A stretch of DNA of 64,000 bases from Eubacteriales bacterium (GTDB lineage Bacteria > Bacillota > Clostridia > Oscillospirales > CAG-382): the NCBI GenBank assembly GCA_045577455.1, contig JAZNIJ010000160.1, forward strand, positions 9,605-73,604, read 5' to 3'. Shown here piece by piece: positions 1 to 7,640 of the stretch (position 1 is its first letter; each line of letters starts with the position of its first letter). The position numbers and the translations under genes are program-made. A model generated the notes under the pieces. That model was given only the letters and a program-made list of their open reading frames with translations, had not been told where the DNA came from and made no database searches.

Positions 1-160
1 TGATGATTAAATCCCTAATGGGTGAGTGTTCAGCAATAAGAATCCCCCTCTTAAATTCCTTACTCGGTTCTTTTCCAAGTGAATCCTTTCCGACGGTGGC
101 TCTGCAATCGTCCACCACCTCTCCCCAAGTGCCTTTAACTTTGATTATTTCTGTTTTCAT
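1..160 (-). CDS. hypothetical phage protein, N-terminal part only (runs off left edge)
   Basis: Hand-read minus-strand ATG at 160-158 with AGGAG upstream. Open to the window edge (MKTEIIKVKGTWGEVVDDCRATVGKDSLGKEPSKEFKRGILIAEHSPIRD...). Too short for the ORF track. Confidence 0.35.
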   Translation of the reverse strand, partial: MKTEIIKVKGTWGEVVDDCRATVGKDSLGKEPSKEFKRGILIAEHSPIRDLII

Positions 161-171
161 AAATTCTCCTA

Positions 172-324
172 TCAATATATGTAATTCTTTTTAGCGAAAA
201 ACAGTGGCACGGCAATTATGAGCATAAAGGCAAACGCTGTTGCATCGCCGTCAATGAAGGTGGTTAAATAGCCAAGAAGAACTAAAATAAGTGAAACGAG
301 TTTGTTTTTCCATGTTTTCTTCAT
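172..324 (-). CDS. small hydrophobic phage protein (50 aa)
   Basis: Hand-translated MKKTWKNKLVSLILVLLGYLTTFIDGDATAFAFMLIIAVPLFFAKKNYIY. Two hydrophobic stretches. The start overlaps the stop of the upstream gene. Confidence 0.35.
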   Translation of the reverse strand: MKKTWKNKLVSLILVLLGYLTTFIDGDATAFAFMLIIAVPLFFAKKNYIY

Positions 325-620
325 TTTATAAACCTCGCATTGTTCTTGATTTTCCTTTCCTTCGGCACTGTTCCGTTGTATCTCAGGTTGTCCGTTTCGA
401 TAACCCTACCGTCGTCCATCTTAATCTTGTGAAGTCTGCCACCGAAGCCCTTCTCACACTCTGTTTTGCCGCCGTCGTGATAACACTCTCCGTCAATGAT
501 TATTGCTTCATCGTCAAGCGTTTTGTCCCAAAAGTTATCGTAGAAGCACTTGCCCCCACAAAGCACTTCGTGTATGTAACACGATTTTTCGATTTCGTTT
601 CCACAGATTTTGCAGTTCAT
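321..620 (-). CDS. zinc-ribbon protein, phage
   Basis: Start taken at the internal Met of ORF 321..704 (MNCKICGNEIEK...CGGKC...). ATGA overlap with the stop of the methyltransferase at 617. Confidence 0.5.
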   Translation of the reverse strand: MNCKICGNEIEKSCYIHEVLCGGKCFYDNFWDKTLDDEAIIIDGECYHDGGKTECEKGFGGRLHKIKMDDGRVIETDNLRYNGTVPKERKIKNNARFIK

Positions 621-1345
621 ATTTCGTTGATCCTTTCTTTTGCAATATTGAAATAATTTTCGTCGAGTTCTATTCCGATGAAGTGTCTGTTTGTGTTTAC
701 ACAAGCGACACCCGTGCTACCGCTACCCATACAATTATCAAGAACGGTGTCGCCTTCGTTTGTGTAGGTTTTCACAAGGTATTCCAAGAGAGCAACGGGC
801 TTTTCGGTTCTGTGCAAAGCAACGCTTGGGTGCGGTTTAACAAACGTCAGTACGCTTGTGGGATATTTCTCGGTAGTGCCTGCTCTTGTGTCGTCCGTTA
901 CATCAAATTTACCGTAGTTTTGGTTTTCCGTTTCTTTCGTTTTGTATGAAAAACCTCTACTATGCAATGGCTTGCCTGCTGAAAACTGAGGATTATATGT
1001 AGGCAGTTTGCTGTAAAAAATCGCTATTTGTTCGTGTTGCCTCAAAGGCATTCGTTTGGCATTCAAAAAACCGCTCGTCAATTCTTTGTCCCAGACAAGA
1101 TCGTATCTGAACATTTTAGGATTGCTGTTTACCAAATCGACATAGAACGTGCCTTGCCCGAATAATGCTATGCAACTATTTTCTTTTGCGATTCGTTTAT
1201 ATTCGCTCCATAACATATCAAGTGGAAGGCGTATATCTTTTTCGTTTCTTGTAGTGCCATACGGCAAATCACACAAAATCATATCGACGCTACCACTCGG
1301 TATATCTTTCATCAATTCCAAGCAATCGCCATGTAACAGTTTCAT
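617..1345 (-). CDS. DNA methyltransferase, N6A/N4C type (PF01555-like)
   Basis: 242 aa. DLPYGT (DPPY-like catalytic motif) lies near the N-terminus. The DNCMGSGSTGVA SAM-binding loop lies near the C-terminus, the beta-class motif order. Confidence 0.85.
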   Translation of the reverse strand: MKLLHGDCLELMKDIPSGSVDMILCDLPYGTTRNEKDIRLPLDMLWSEYKRIAKENSCIALFGQGTFYVDLVNSNPKMFRYDLVWDKELTSGFLNAKRMPLRQHEQIAIFYSKLPTYNPQFSAGKPLHSRGFSYKTKETENQNYGKFDVTDDTRAGTTEKYPTSVLTFVKPHPSVALHRTEKPVALLEYLVKTYTNEGDTVLDNCMGSGSTGVACVNTNRHFIGIELDENYFNIAKERINEI

Positions 1346-1355
1346 TTCTTATACC

Positions 1356-1934
1356 TCAGTTAAACCACTTTATATATGTAGGACCTTTGTGTCCTTTGTG
1401 CCAGATGAACCAAGCGTAAGCCGCCATTGAGCTTCCTTCAAACACTCCGTTCTTTCTGCATTGTAATCTTGCGGAACTCACATATACAGCTTGTGGTGGA
1501 TTGTTGCGGAATAAATCTCGTCTGTTTTGCCCTTCAAGAAATGTAAGTTTCAAGAACATAGCAACCTTTTGTCCTTCTGCCACCATATCGAGTGCGTGTT
1601 CCACGAACTCTTTAGCATACTTATAGGGTGGGTTGGTAATAATGTCGCACCTCTTATCCCCATTTGCCTTTATTGCCAAAAAATCTATGCCACCTTCTCC
1701 ATATCCTCGGTCAATCAAGTCCGAGGAAATCACATCGTAGCCGTGAGCTTTAAGCACTTCTGATATGTGTCCCTCACCGCAGGCACACTCCCATATGCAT
1801 GGGGAAAATTGTTCTAATTCAAGAAGCAATTCTGTAGCTCTCGGTTCTGTGGCGTAGTAATCATTTGGTTCAGCATCTTTGCTTCGCGTGTTACATGTTC
1901 TGAAACTTGCGTTTCCTACCCAATCTTTAGGCAT
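1356..1934 (-). CDS. N6-adenine DNA methyltransferase, phage type
   Basis: 192 aa. ITNPPY catalytic motif and ECACGEG glycine-rich SAM loop. Confidence 0.7.
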   Translation of the reverse strand: MPKDWVGNASFRTCNTRSKDAEPNDYYATEPRATELLLELEQFSPCIWECACGEGHISEVLKAHGYDVISSDLIDRGYGEGGIDFLAIKANGDKRCDIITNPPYKYAKEFVEHALDMVAEGQKVAMFLKLTFLEGQNRRDLFRNNPPQAVYVSSARLQCRKNGVFEGSSMAAYAWFIWHKGHKGPTYIKWFN

Positions 1935-2406
1935 TCAATATCTCCCTCACTCTCTCAATATCGTTTCTTTCTAATGCTCGTTTTGCGCCGTCTATCAAAG
2001 TTACGAGCCGTGCGTTTCTTTCGGAGCGCTCCTTTACCAACTCTCGTAATCTATCGTTTGCTTCAACTAAGTCTGCCGGAATATCGTATCGCTCTAAGCC
2101 ATCGAACACATCCAACAGCTTCTTGCAATTTTCGCAACCACAGTTGCGGAGTTTGTATATGTTGTGTCCCATTCGCTTACGAATCGCCTTACTCTGCTCC
2201 ATGATTCTTACATCAAGCATAAGCAAATCGTAAGACTTCAAGATAAGCTGTTTCTCTCGTTTTGCACGTTCCTTGTTTACTGCACCGGATTTATAGTTCT
2301 GATACAGTAAACGGAATGTGAGAAACAGTAGTTGCTCGTGCATCGGTAAATCTTCGGGCATATCTGCATCCGATGCAGCGAGGCGTTCAATCTGTTCTGA
2401 TTTCAA
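1927..2406 (-). CDS. hypothetical phage protein
   Basis: 159-aa ORF in the co-directional, overlapping gene train. No recognisable motif. Confidence 0.5.
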   Translation of the reverse strand: MKSEQIERLAASDADMPEDLPMHEQLLFLTFRLLYQNYKSGAVNKERAKREKQLILKSYDLLMLDVRIMEQSKAIRKRMGHNIYKLRNCGCENCKKLLDVFDGLERYDIPADLVEANDRLRELVKERSERNARLVTLIDGAKRALERNDIERVREILNA

Positions 2407-2635
2407 AGGTAAACCCCCTCACTTCTTTAAGCACATTTTTTAACGCCTTTGCAACACTTTTTAGAGCTTTTGCTGCACACTTGGACGCTCTCACAAATTC
2501 GTTTTGCCCATACCACCGCCAATATGCTTTTTCGTATGGTACGTTATTCTTGTTGTATAAATTTGCCTTCGCCCTTGCTGAACGCGGTGTTTCGCCCCTC
2601 GACATAAGAAGTTTTATAAATCGTTTTCGTGTCAT
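2387..2635 (-). CDS. hypothetical phage protein
   Basis: Start taken at the internal Met (MTRKRFIKLLMSRG...), giving an ATGA overlap with the upstream stop at 2632. Confidence 0.4.
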   Translation of the reverse strand: MTRKRFIKLLMSRGETPRSARAKANLYNKNNVPYEKAYWRWYGQNEFVRASKCAAKALKSVAKALKNVLKEVRGFTFEIRTD

Positions 2636-2883
2636 TCCACAATCCCCCAATCCAAGGCTTGACCGCAATTTTCGCAACATTCAAATTTGTATTCGTTCTG
2701 ACCTAAAAAATCGCTTTTGCAATTCGGACATTTATACGATACAACGCGTCCGAACCTCATATCTATTTGCGGTAAAGGTTGTTTTTTTATCTGTTTCTCA
2801 ACCGCTTTCGTTAAAGCGATTTTAAATTCTAAATCACCTATGAACGTTTTATCAAGTTTGTCTAATACTTCTTCGTAGTTCAT
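2632..2883 (-). CDS. zinc-ribbon protein, phage
   Basis: 83 aa with CPNC...CCENC cysteine pairs. Confidence 0.5.
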   Translation of the reverse strand: MNYEEVLDKLDKTFIGDLEFKIALTKAVEKQIKKQPLPQIDMRFGRVVSYKCPNCKSDFLGQNEYKFECCENCGQALDWGIVE

Positions 2884-3065
2884 TTCTCCAACCTCTCAAT
2901 CAGCGCATACACGGTTTTTATTGCCTCGCTGTAACTCATGCTCTTTTCTGTGCTGATTTCAAGGTGAACAGCACCCACGAGTTTTCTGTTTGTGTTGCAT
3001 CCGTGAGCAACAGCTTTGAGTGCGAATAATTCTTCTTCTGTTATTTGTTGTTTTTTAGTTGCCAT
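2880..3065 (-). CDS. hypothetical phage protein
   Basis: 61-aa ORF that overlaps both neighbours by a few nt. Confidence 0.4.
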   Translation of the reverse strand: MATKKQQITEEELFALKAVAHGCNTNRKLVGAVHLEISTEKSMSYSEAIKTVYALIERLEK

Positions 3066-3393
3066 CGTTATCTCCTTTAACTATTTTTATTGCATCTTCT
3101 ACGGAACGAGCTATTCCTGCTCTGCATCCGTATTTGTTTTTCATCGTGTTTATGAAATTTAGCTGTTCAGTGGTGGGTCTGCCATGCTTTGCCTTAACCT
3201 CTACAAACGAAATGAGTCCGTCTTTGATAGCCACCAAGTCTGAAAACCCCTTCGGAACACCCACGTCAAACCACCTGCCGTCAGTCATTTTTACTTTGCC
3301 TGAGTTTATGCGGAATACACAGTAACCGAGTTCGGAGAGTGCAAGGCGTATGCTGTTTTGTATGTCGTGTTCGGTCACAATCCCATCCTCCAC
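3055..3393 (-). CDS. VRR-NUC domain nuclease
   Basis: 112 aa. GFSDLVAIKDGLISFVEVKAKHGRPT gives the D...E-x-K PD-(D/E)xK core in the VRR-NUC arrangement. Confidence 0.75.
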   Translation of the reverse strand: MEDGIVTEHDIQNSIRLALSELGYCVFRINSGKVKMTDGRWFDVGVPKGFSDLVAIKDGLISFVEVKAKHGRPTTEQLNFINTMKNKYGCRAGIARSVEDAIKIVKGDNDGN

Positions 3394-5663
3394 ATATATG
3401 CTCTATACTTTTCGGGTATCGGTATTCCATAGTTTCTTGCAAATCTGAAACACCACTGAAACTTATACCCTCTCGCTTTCTGTATCTTTATAACATCCTC
3501 CCACGTTTCCGCTTTGAGTTCGTTATAGTTTGCTTGCCTTATTTCCTCGTTCCGCTTCAACTCTACAAGGTCAACCTCAACTGTTTTTCTGTCCGTCTTT
3601 CTGATCTCGTGTGTTGCTTCTGCTCCACAGTACGGACATTTAGACAGAGTAGGGGAGTAAACCGCATAGCAAAGCTTGCACTCTCGTATTTTTACTATGT
3701 TTTCTTGCTTATGTTTCGGCTCTAAACTCCACTCTCGTTCATCATCGGGCAAGCCGTGTCTGTAACAGTTCCCAACGTGGTCTATGATTATTGCTGTCTT
3801 ATTCGGCATATATCGCATAGAACGCATTGATTGTTGGATGTGTAATGTGATGCTTTGCGTGGGGCGTAACAACACAACGCACTCACAATCCGGAACATCT
3901 AATCCCTCACCGAATAGCTCACAATTTACGAGTATAGTAATCTCACCGCTTCTAAAACGTTTCATGGCGTTCTCTCGCTCTGCCTGTGGCGTTTTTCCAT
4001 CAAGGGCAATACAACTATACCCTTCTGCTAAAAATCGCTCCGCGGTCTTTTTAGACGCTTCTACGGAAGCACAGTAAACAATGGTTTTCTTGCCCTCTGC
4101 AAGCCGCTTCCATTGCTTAACTGTGTCTCCATAGATTTCTTTGTGTTCCATAAGCTCTTTAACTTCATCTTGTTTGAACTCACCTGCCACTGTGTGCAAA
4201 GTGGATGTGTCTGCGAGTTTCACAGAGTAGTATTTATAGGTCGCAAGATAGCCGTTCTCAATTAGCCACTTTGTGCTGACGGACGTTATCAAGTCCGTGT
4301 AAATTTCACCGAGCCCCCCTTTATTCAAGCGAATGGGAGTTGCTGTGAATCCCAAGTGAATAACACCTGCATAATGGTCGTAAACCTTCTTATATGTATT
4401 TGCGGTGCTGTGGTGGCAGTTGTGTACTAAAATGCCGTTTGCGAAGTAGTTGTGGTTATCCTCGACTTCTAAATTGTAGACATAACCGTCTGTACACAAT
4501 CCTCCAAACGTTCCGTCACTTGTCGGTTGGTGAACCTCAACACGTTCCACCCTAACGAAGTTAAACAAAAATCTTTTTTCTTGTCTTGCTCCTGTCGCTC
4601 GATTGATAAATGACTTCCACCGTCTATCTCGATAGCGATCATTTTCTGTGGCAAGGCTATATCTATCTTGTAAGAAGTTGGATAGTTTGTCTCGTAAGGT
4701 TCTGCGTTTTGAGTAGGAACGGTAAACTCTGAGGCAGGGTTCAATGAACTCAACGCCATAAACATCTTTTCTTGCGGTACAGTCATACCTTTGCCGTTCC
4801 CACCTCTTATTCGAGGCTGATGCCCTATCCGTTTTAGCGTTTGTGCCATTTTCGCCCTTGTTTCTTTGCAGTGCATTGGATTGTTTCGTTTCATTCGTTG
4901 GCTTGCGTATTTCCTGTTTGTGTTTGCCATCGTTATGCTTGAAACCATAGCACAGTATTTTTTTGTACACTCGGTGCAACAATAGATTCTTCCTGTCTTT
5001 TTGTAAGCGTACAGCTTGTGCCGGATTTGATTTTTTGTCAGGTTGCTCAAATCCACCTGCTCCCCACACATCGTACAATAGTAGGTCTCTGACATAATCG
5101 CCCTCCTTTAACTCGATTGCTTCTTTATATCCGTCTCCGTGAACGTAGATAGGATGATTGAAAGTGCATTTTAAACACTTGCCGTTTGAAAGATGCACTT
5201 TTAACAAATTGCTTGGTTTCCGCTTGAAAATGTGAGTTATCCGCTTGGTTTCCACGACATCTTCTTTTTCGTTGTATGACCTTACGAGGTCTCCTTCTTT
5301 AAGAGCAGATATTGGTTTGCCATCAATCAAGGTATCTGCCGTGAAGCACTCGTCGGTAATAACGAGGTCATAGTTCGGGAGTTTCCCAAGTCTGCGTGAT
5401 ACTGTCTGCACCATTGATACATCACAGAGGTTCATATCAACTCCAACAGCTTTGAACGTGTTTGTTATCTGCTGGCACAATTCCTTGCGATGCACAAGGA
5501 AAAGAACTCTCTTGCCCTTATGTGTTACTTGCTTTGCGATGCTGCCCTGAATTACGGATTTCCCACCGCCACATCCGAGAACGGCAACAACAGAGTTATT
5601 GCCGCCACGGATAGAAGCGTATATGTCGCTGATTAGTTTTTCTTGATAGGGTCTGAGTCGCAT
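3375..5663 (-). CDS. SF2 DNA helicase (DEAD/DEAH, phage-type) interrupted by an intein
   Basis: RPYQ, Walker A GCGGGKS, motif II split as VITDE|intein|CHH, and C-terminal helicase motifs (LVNCELFGEGLDVPD, RPTQS). The extein is about 452 aa. Confidence 0.85.
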   Translation of the reverse strand: MRLRPYQEKLISDIYASIRGGNNSVVAVLGCGGGKSVIQGSIAKQVTHKGKRVLFLVHRKELCQQITNTFKAVGVDMNLCDVSMVQTVSRRLGKLPNYDLVITDECFTADTLIDGKPISALKEGDLVRSYNEKEDVVETKRITHIFKRKPSNLLKVHLSNGKCLKCTFNHPIYVHGDGYKEAIELKEGDYVRDLLLYDVWGAGGFEQPDKKSNPAQAVRLQKDRKNLLLHRVYKKILCYGFKHNDGKHKQEIRKPTNETKQSNALQRNKGENGTNAKTDRASASNKRWERQRYDCTARKDVYGVEFIEPCLRVYRSYSKRRTLRDKLSNFLQDRYSLATENDRYRDRRWKSFINRATGARQEKRFLFNFVRVERVEVHQPTSDGTFGGLCTDGYVYNLEVEDNHNYFANGILVHNCHHSTANTYKKVYDHYAGVIHLGFTATPIRLNKGGLGEIYTDLITSVSTKWLIENGYLATYKYYSVKLADTSTLHTVAGEFKQDEVKELMEHKEIYGDTVKQWKRLAEGKKTIVYCASVEASKKTAERFLAEGYSCIALDGKTPQAERENAMKRFRSGEITILVNCELFGEGLDVPDCECVVLLRPTQSITLHIQQSMRSMRYMPNKTAIIIDHVGNCYRHGLPDDEREWSLEPKHKQENIVKIRECKLCYAVYSPTLSKCPYCGAEATHEIRKTDRKTVEVDLVELKRNEEIRQANYNELKAETWEDVIKIQKARGYKFQWCFRFARNYGIPIPEKYRAYMWRMGL
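4419..5348 (-). mobile_element. intein (310 aa) inserted in helicase motif II
   Basis: Begins CFTADTLIDG (Cys1 codon at 5348-5346). Block B is CTFNHPIYV. Ends GILVHN, followed by the +1 Cys codon at 4418-4416. Excision restores DECHH. Confidence 0.75.
4469..5095 (-). CDS. DUF559/Vsr-like endonuclease nested in the intein, in a different reading frame
   Basis: 208 aa. N-terminal CTMC...CCTEC zinc ribbon. C-terminal KMIAIEIDGGSHLSIERQEQDKKKDFCLTSLGWNVLRFTNRQV, as in DUF559 endonucleases. Frame is offset from the helicase frame. Confidence 0.7.
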   Translation of the reverse strand: MSETYYCTMCGEQVDLSNLTKNQIRHKLYAYKKTGRIYCCTECTKKYCAMVSSITMANTNRKYASQRMKRNNPMHCKETRAKMAQTLKRIGHQPRIRGGNGKGMTVPQEKMFMALSSLNPASEFTVPTQNAEPYETNYPTSYKIDIALPQKMIAIEIDGGSHLSIERQEQDKKKDFCLTSLGWNVLRFTNRQVTERLEDCVQTVMSTI

Positions 5664-5905
5664 AAGTCTTTCATCCCATTCAACAAATAGGCAATTGCAA
5701 GTTTGGGGTGGACTTTTAAAATATCGCCTTTGGATTTATCTAATGCTCTCAGGGTTTCCAACACCACACCCGCTTCACACGAAAAAGTTCCGATGCAGCA
5801 CACGTCCCCTTCACCTGCGACAGCACCAATGATTGCCTTTGCGTTATCTTCGTTTATTACAACCTCGTTTGTTTTGTTGTCGATTATTATTACTTTGTAG
5901 CTCAT
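5633..5905 (-). CDS. hypothetical phage protein
   Basis: 90-aa ORF in the gene train that overlaps the helicase start. Confidence 0.45.
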   Translation of the reverse strand: MSYKVIIIDNKTNEVVINEDNAKAIIGAVAGEGDVCCIGTFSCEAGVVLETLRALDKSKGDILKVHPKLAIAYLLNGMKDLCDSDPIKKN

Positions 5906-5923
5906 TTGTTTTTACCTAACCTT

Positions 5924-6397
5924 TCAATTGAACGGAAGCTCATCATCTTCACCAACCGTTACGAAATTTCCACCCGTTACACTCGCTTTGCCTGGGCTGT
6001 CCTGCCAAGCGGGGAGTGCCTCAACCTTTGAACGAGAGAGGAAGTATGCTATTTCTTCTCTTTCTGAGTTGTTGTATGTTCTGTGCTTAACTCTTGCGCC
6101 GCCAACCTTACCAACCCACGAAGCAATGTTCATATTGCCCGGCTGTATACCAAAGCTGTCGAATACTTGTCCGAGCTTTTGGTTTGTCATTGTGGGATTG
6201 TCGGGCATAAATACTATGTAATGCCAAAGTGAACCGCTATGTCCGCTTACTTCAAGAGTGAGCTTAATCATATCGTTGCCTGCGTTTGATTTTGTTTCTT
6301 CTGCGCTTTTAATCCTTACTCTGTGATCGCCTGTAGGGATAAGTGAGAAAGATTGTTCTTGATAGTCGTTGCTGTTGTAATTCCAGTTAATAGCCAT
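5924..6397 (-). CDS. DUF669-like phage protein
   Basis: Start taken at MAINWNY, which has AAGGAG upstream. The FSLIPTGDHRVRIKSAEETKSNAGNDMIKLTLEV pattern resembles DUF669. Confidence 0.55.
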   Translation of the reverse strand: MAINWNYNSNDYQEQSFSLIPTGDHRVRIKSAEETKSNAGNDMIKLTLEVSGHSGSLWHYIVFMPDNPTMTNQKLGQVFDSFGIQPGNMNIASWVGKVGGARVKHRTYNNSEREEIAYFLSRSKVEALPAWQDSPGKASVTGGNFVTVGEDDELPFN

Positions 6398-6416
6398 TGT
6401 TTTGTCTCCTTGATTT

Positions 6417-6965
6417 TTATTTATTTTCATCTATGTAAGATGCTTGCAAATCAGCACAGTGCAAGAGAACACCCAATGGGTATTTCTCCCACGCACCGTT
6501 GATGGCATAGCTGCCGCCCTTGACAGATTCATCGAACGCCCCCATATGCCAACGGATAGCCATAGCTTCTTCTTCTGTGAGTTTTATAAATTGAGATATT
6601 ATGTATACAGATTTTTCTCCGTGTCCGTATGGGAACTTATCGTCGATGGTGTAATAGGGAACTTTCTCCCACACGCCATATTCATTCTTTACGTTTCGAT
6701 AGCTGACCGTATAGATGTTCGCTTTGCATATATCGTGGAGCAGAGAAACGATAGCAACTGTTTCCGGGTCTGTATCAACAGCCATTGCCGATAATCGCTT
6801 ACACACGTTTACACTATGCTCTACCAAGCCACCTGCAAATGCTCCGTGAAATCTCGTGGAAGCAGGAGCAGTGAAGAAATCTGTACTTTCAAGCCATTCC
6901 ATGAGCTTGTCTGAACCCTCGCGTTTTATGTAGGTTTGATACAAAGATTTAAACGTTTCCTTCAT
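6417..6965 (-). CDS. HD-domain phosphohydrolase
   Basis: 182 aa with H...LLHDICK (HD motif) and downstream His/Asp residues. Confidence 0.75.
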   Translation of the reverse strand: MKETFKSLYQTYIKREGSDKLMEWLESTDFFTAPASTRFHGAFAGGLVEHSVNVCKRLSAMAVDTDPETVAIVSLLHDICKANIYTVSYRNVKNEYGVWEKVPYYTIDDKFPYGHGEKSVYIISQFIKLTEEEAMAIRWHMGAFDESVKGGSYAINGAWEKYPLGVLLHCADLQASYIDENK

Positions 6966-7638
6966 TCACAACCTCCGTGAATATATCTTCGGGCATACAG
7001 TTTCTTCTACAGAAAAGCTGGTCTTTTGCGTAAAGTGTTTCTGAACCCGTCAGGTGGTAATACCATCTCTTGTTGCCCTCCTTATCGTTTGCCGTCTGTA
7101 TGTATGCCACGATGTTGCACAAGCCGAGGAAATTGTCTAAAATCTTCATCGGGAGTTTGGGGGCTATACGCATTTTTTTCTCCCCCTCGGTTGTGGTGAT
7201 TTCGTCTATCGTGTGCCACGCTGTGAAGATTACGTTACAATCAACTTGTCCCGCCTTGCGTACAAGCCGTTTGAGATTTTGATACACAAGCTGATATGCT
7301 TGTCTCATATCCTTGTATCTGCCCGATTCATCAAGCTCTAAAATTGCAAGGTCGAACAGATCCGAAACATTGTCAATGATGATAGTGTCATACTTCTGCG
7401 AGTCAACGGCATCCTCAAACTGTTTGTTGAAGTTTTTCTGCGATTTCCCCGAAGTGTCTTTATCCACCCAATGCTCAATGATTTGGGTATCAAGGTTTGG
7501 TCGTTCAAAATTATTGAGAACAACCTGTGAATTGTCGGAGCAGAGTAAAAGATTTCTGCCCCTTTTGCCCGTTTTTACGAGAGTGGAGTTCACCGTTTTT
7601 CCACCGCCTGATTGACAGTAAACTAATGCGTTTGCCAT
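6949..7638 (-). CDS. AAA_24 / Sak4-like recombination ATPase
   Basis: Start taken at MANALVYCQSGGGKT (Walker A). Walker B is TIIIDNVSD. The start lies 3 nt after the upstream stop. Confidence 0.65.
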   Translation of the reverse strand: MANALVYCQSGGGKTVNSTLVKTGKRGRNLLLCSDNSQVVLNNFERPNLDTQIIEHWVDKDTSGKSQKNFNKQFEDAVDSQKYDTIIIDNVSDLFDLAILELDESGRYKDMRQAYQLVYQNLKRLVRKAGQVDCNVIFTAWHTIDEITTTEGEKKMRIAPKLPMKILDNFLGLCNIVAYIQTANDKEGNKRWYYHLTGSETLYAKDQLFCRRNCMPEDIFTEVVNEGNV

Positions 7639-7640
7639 AG

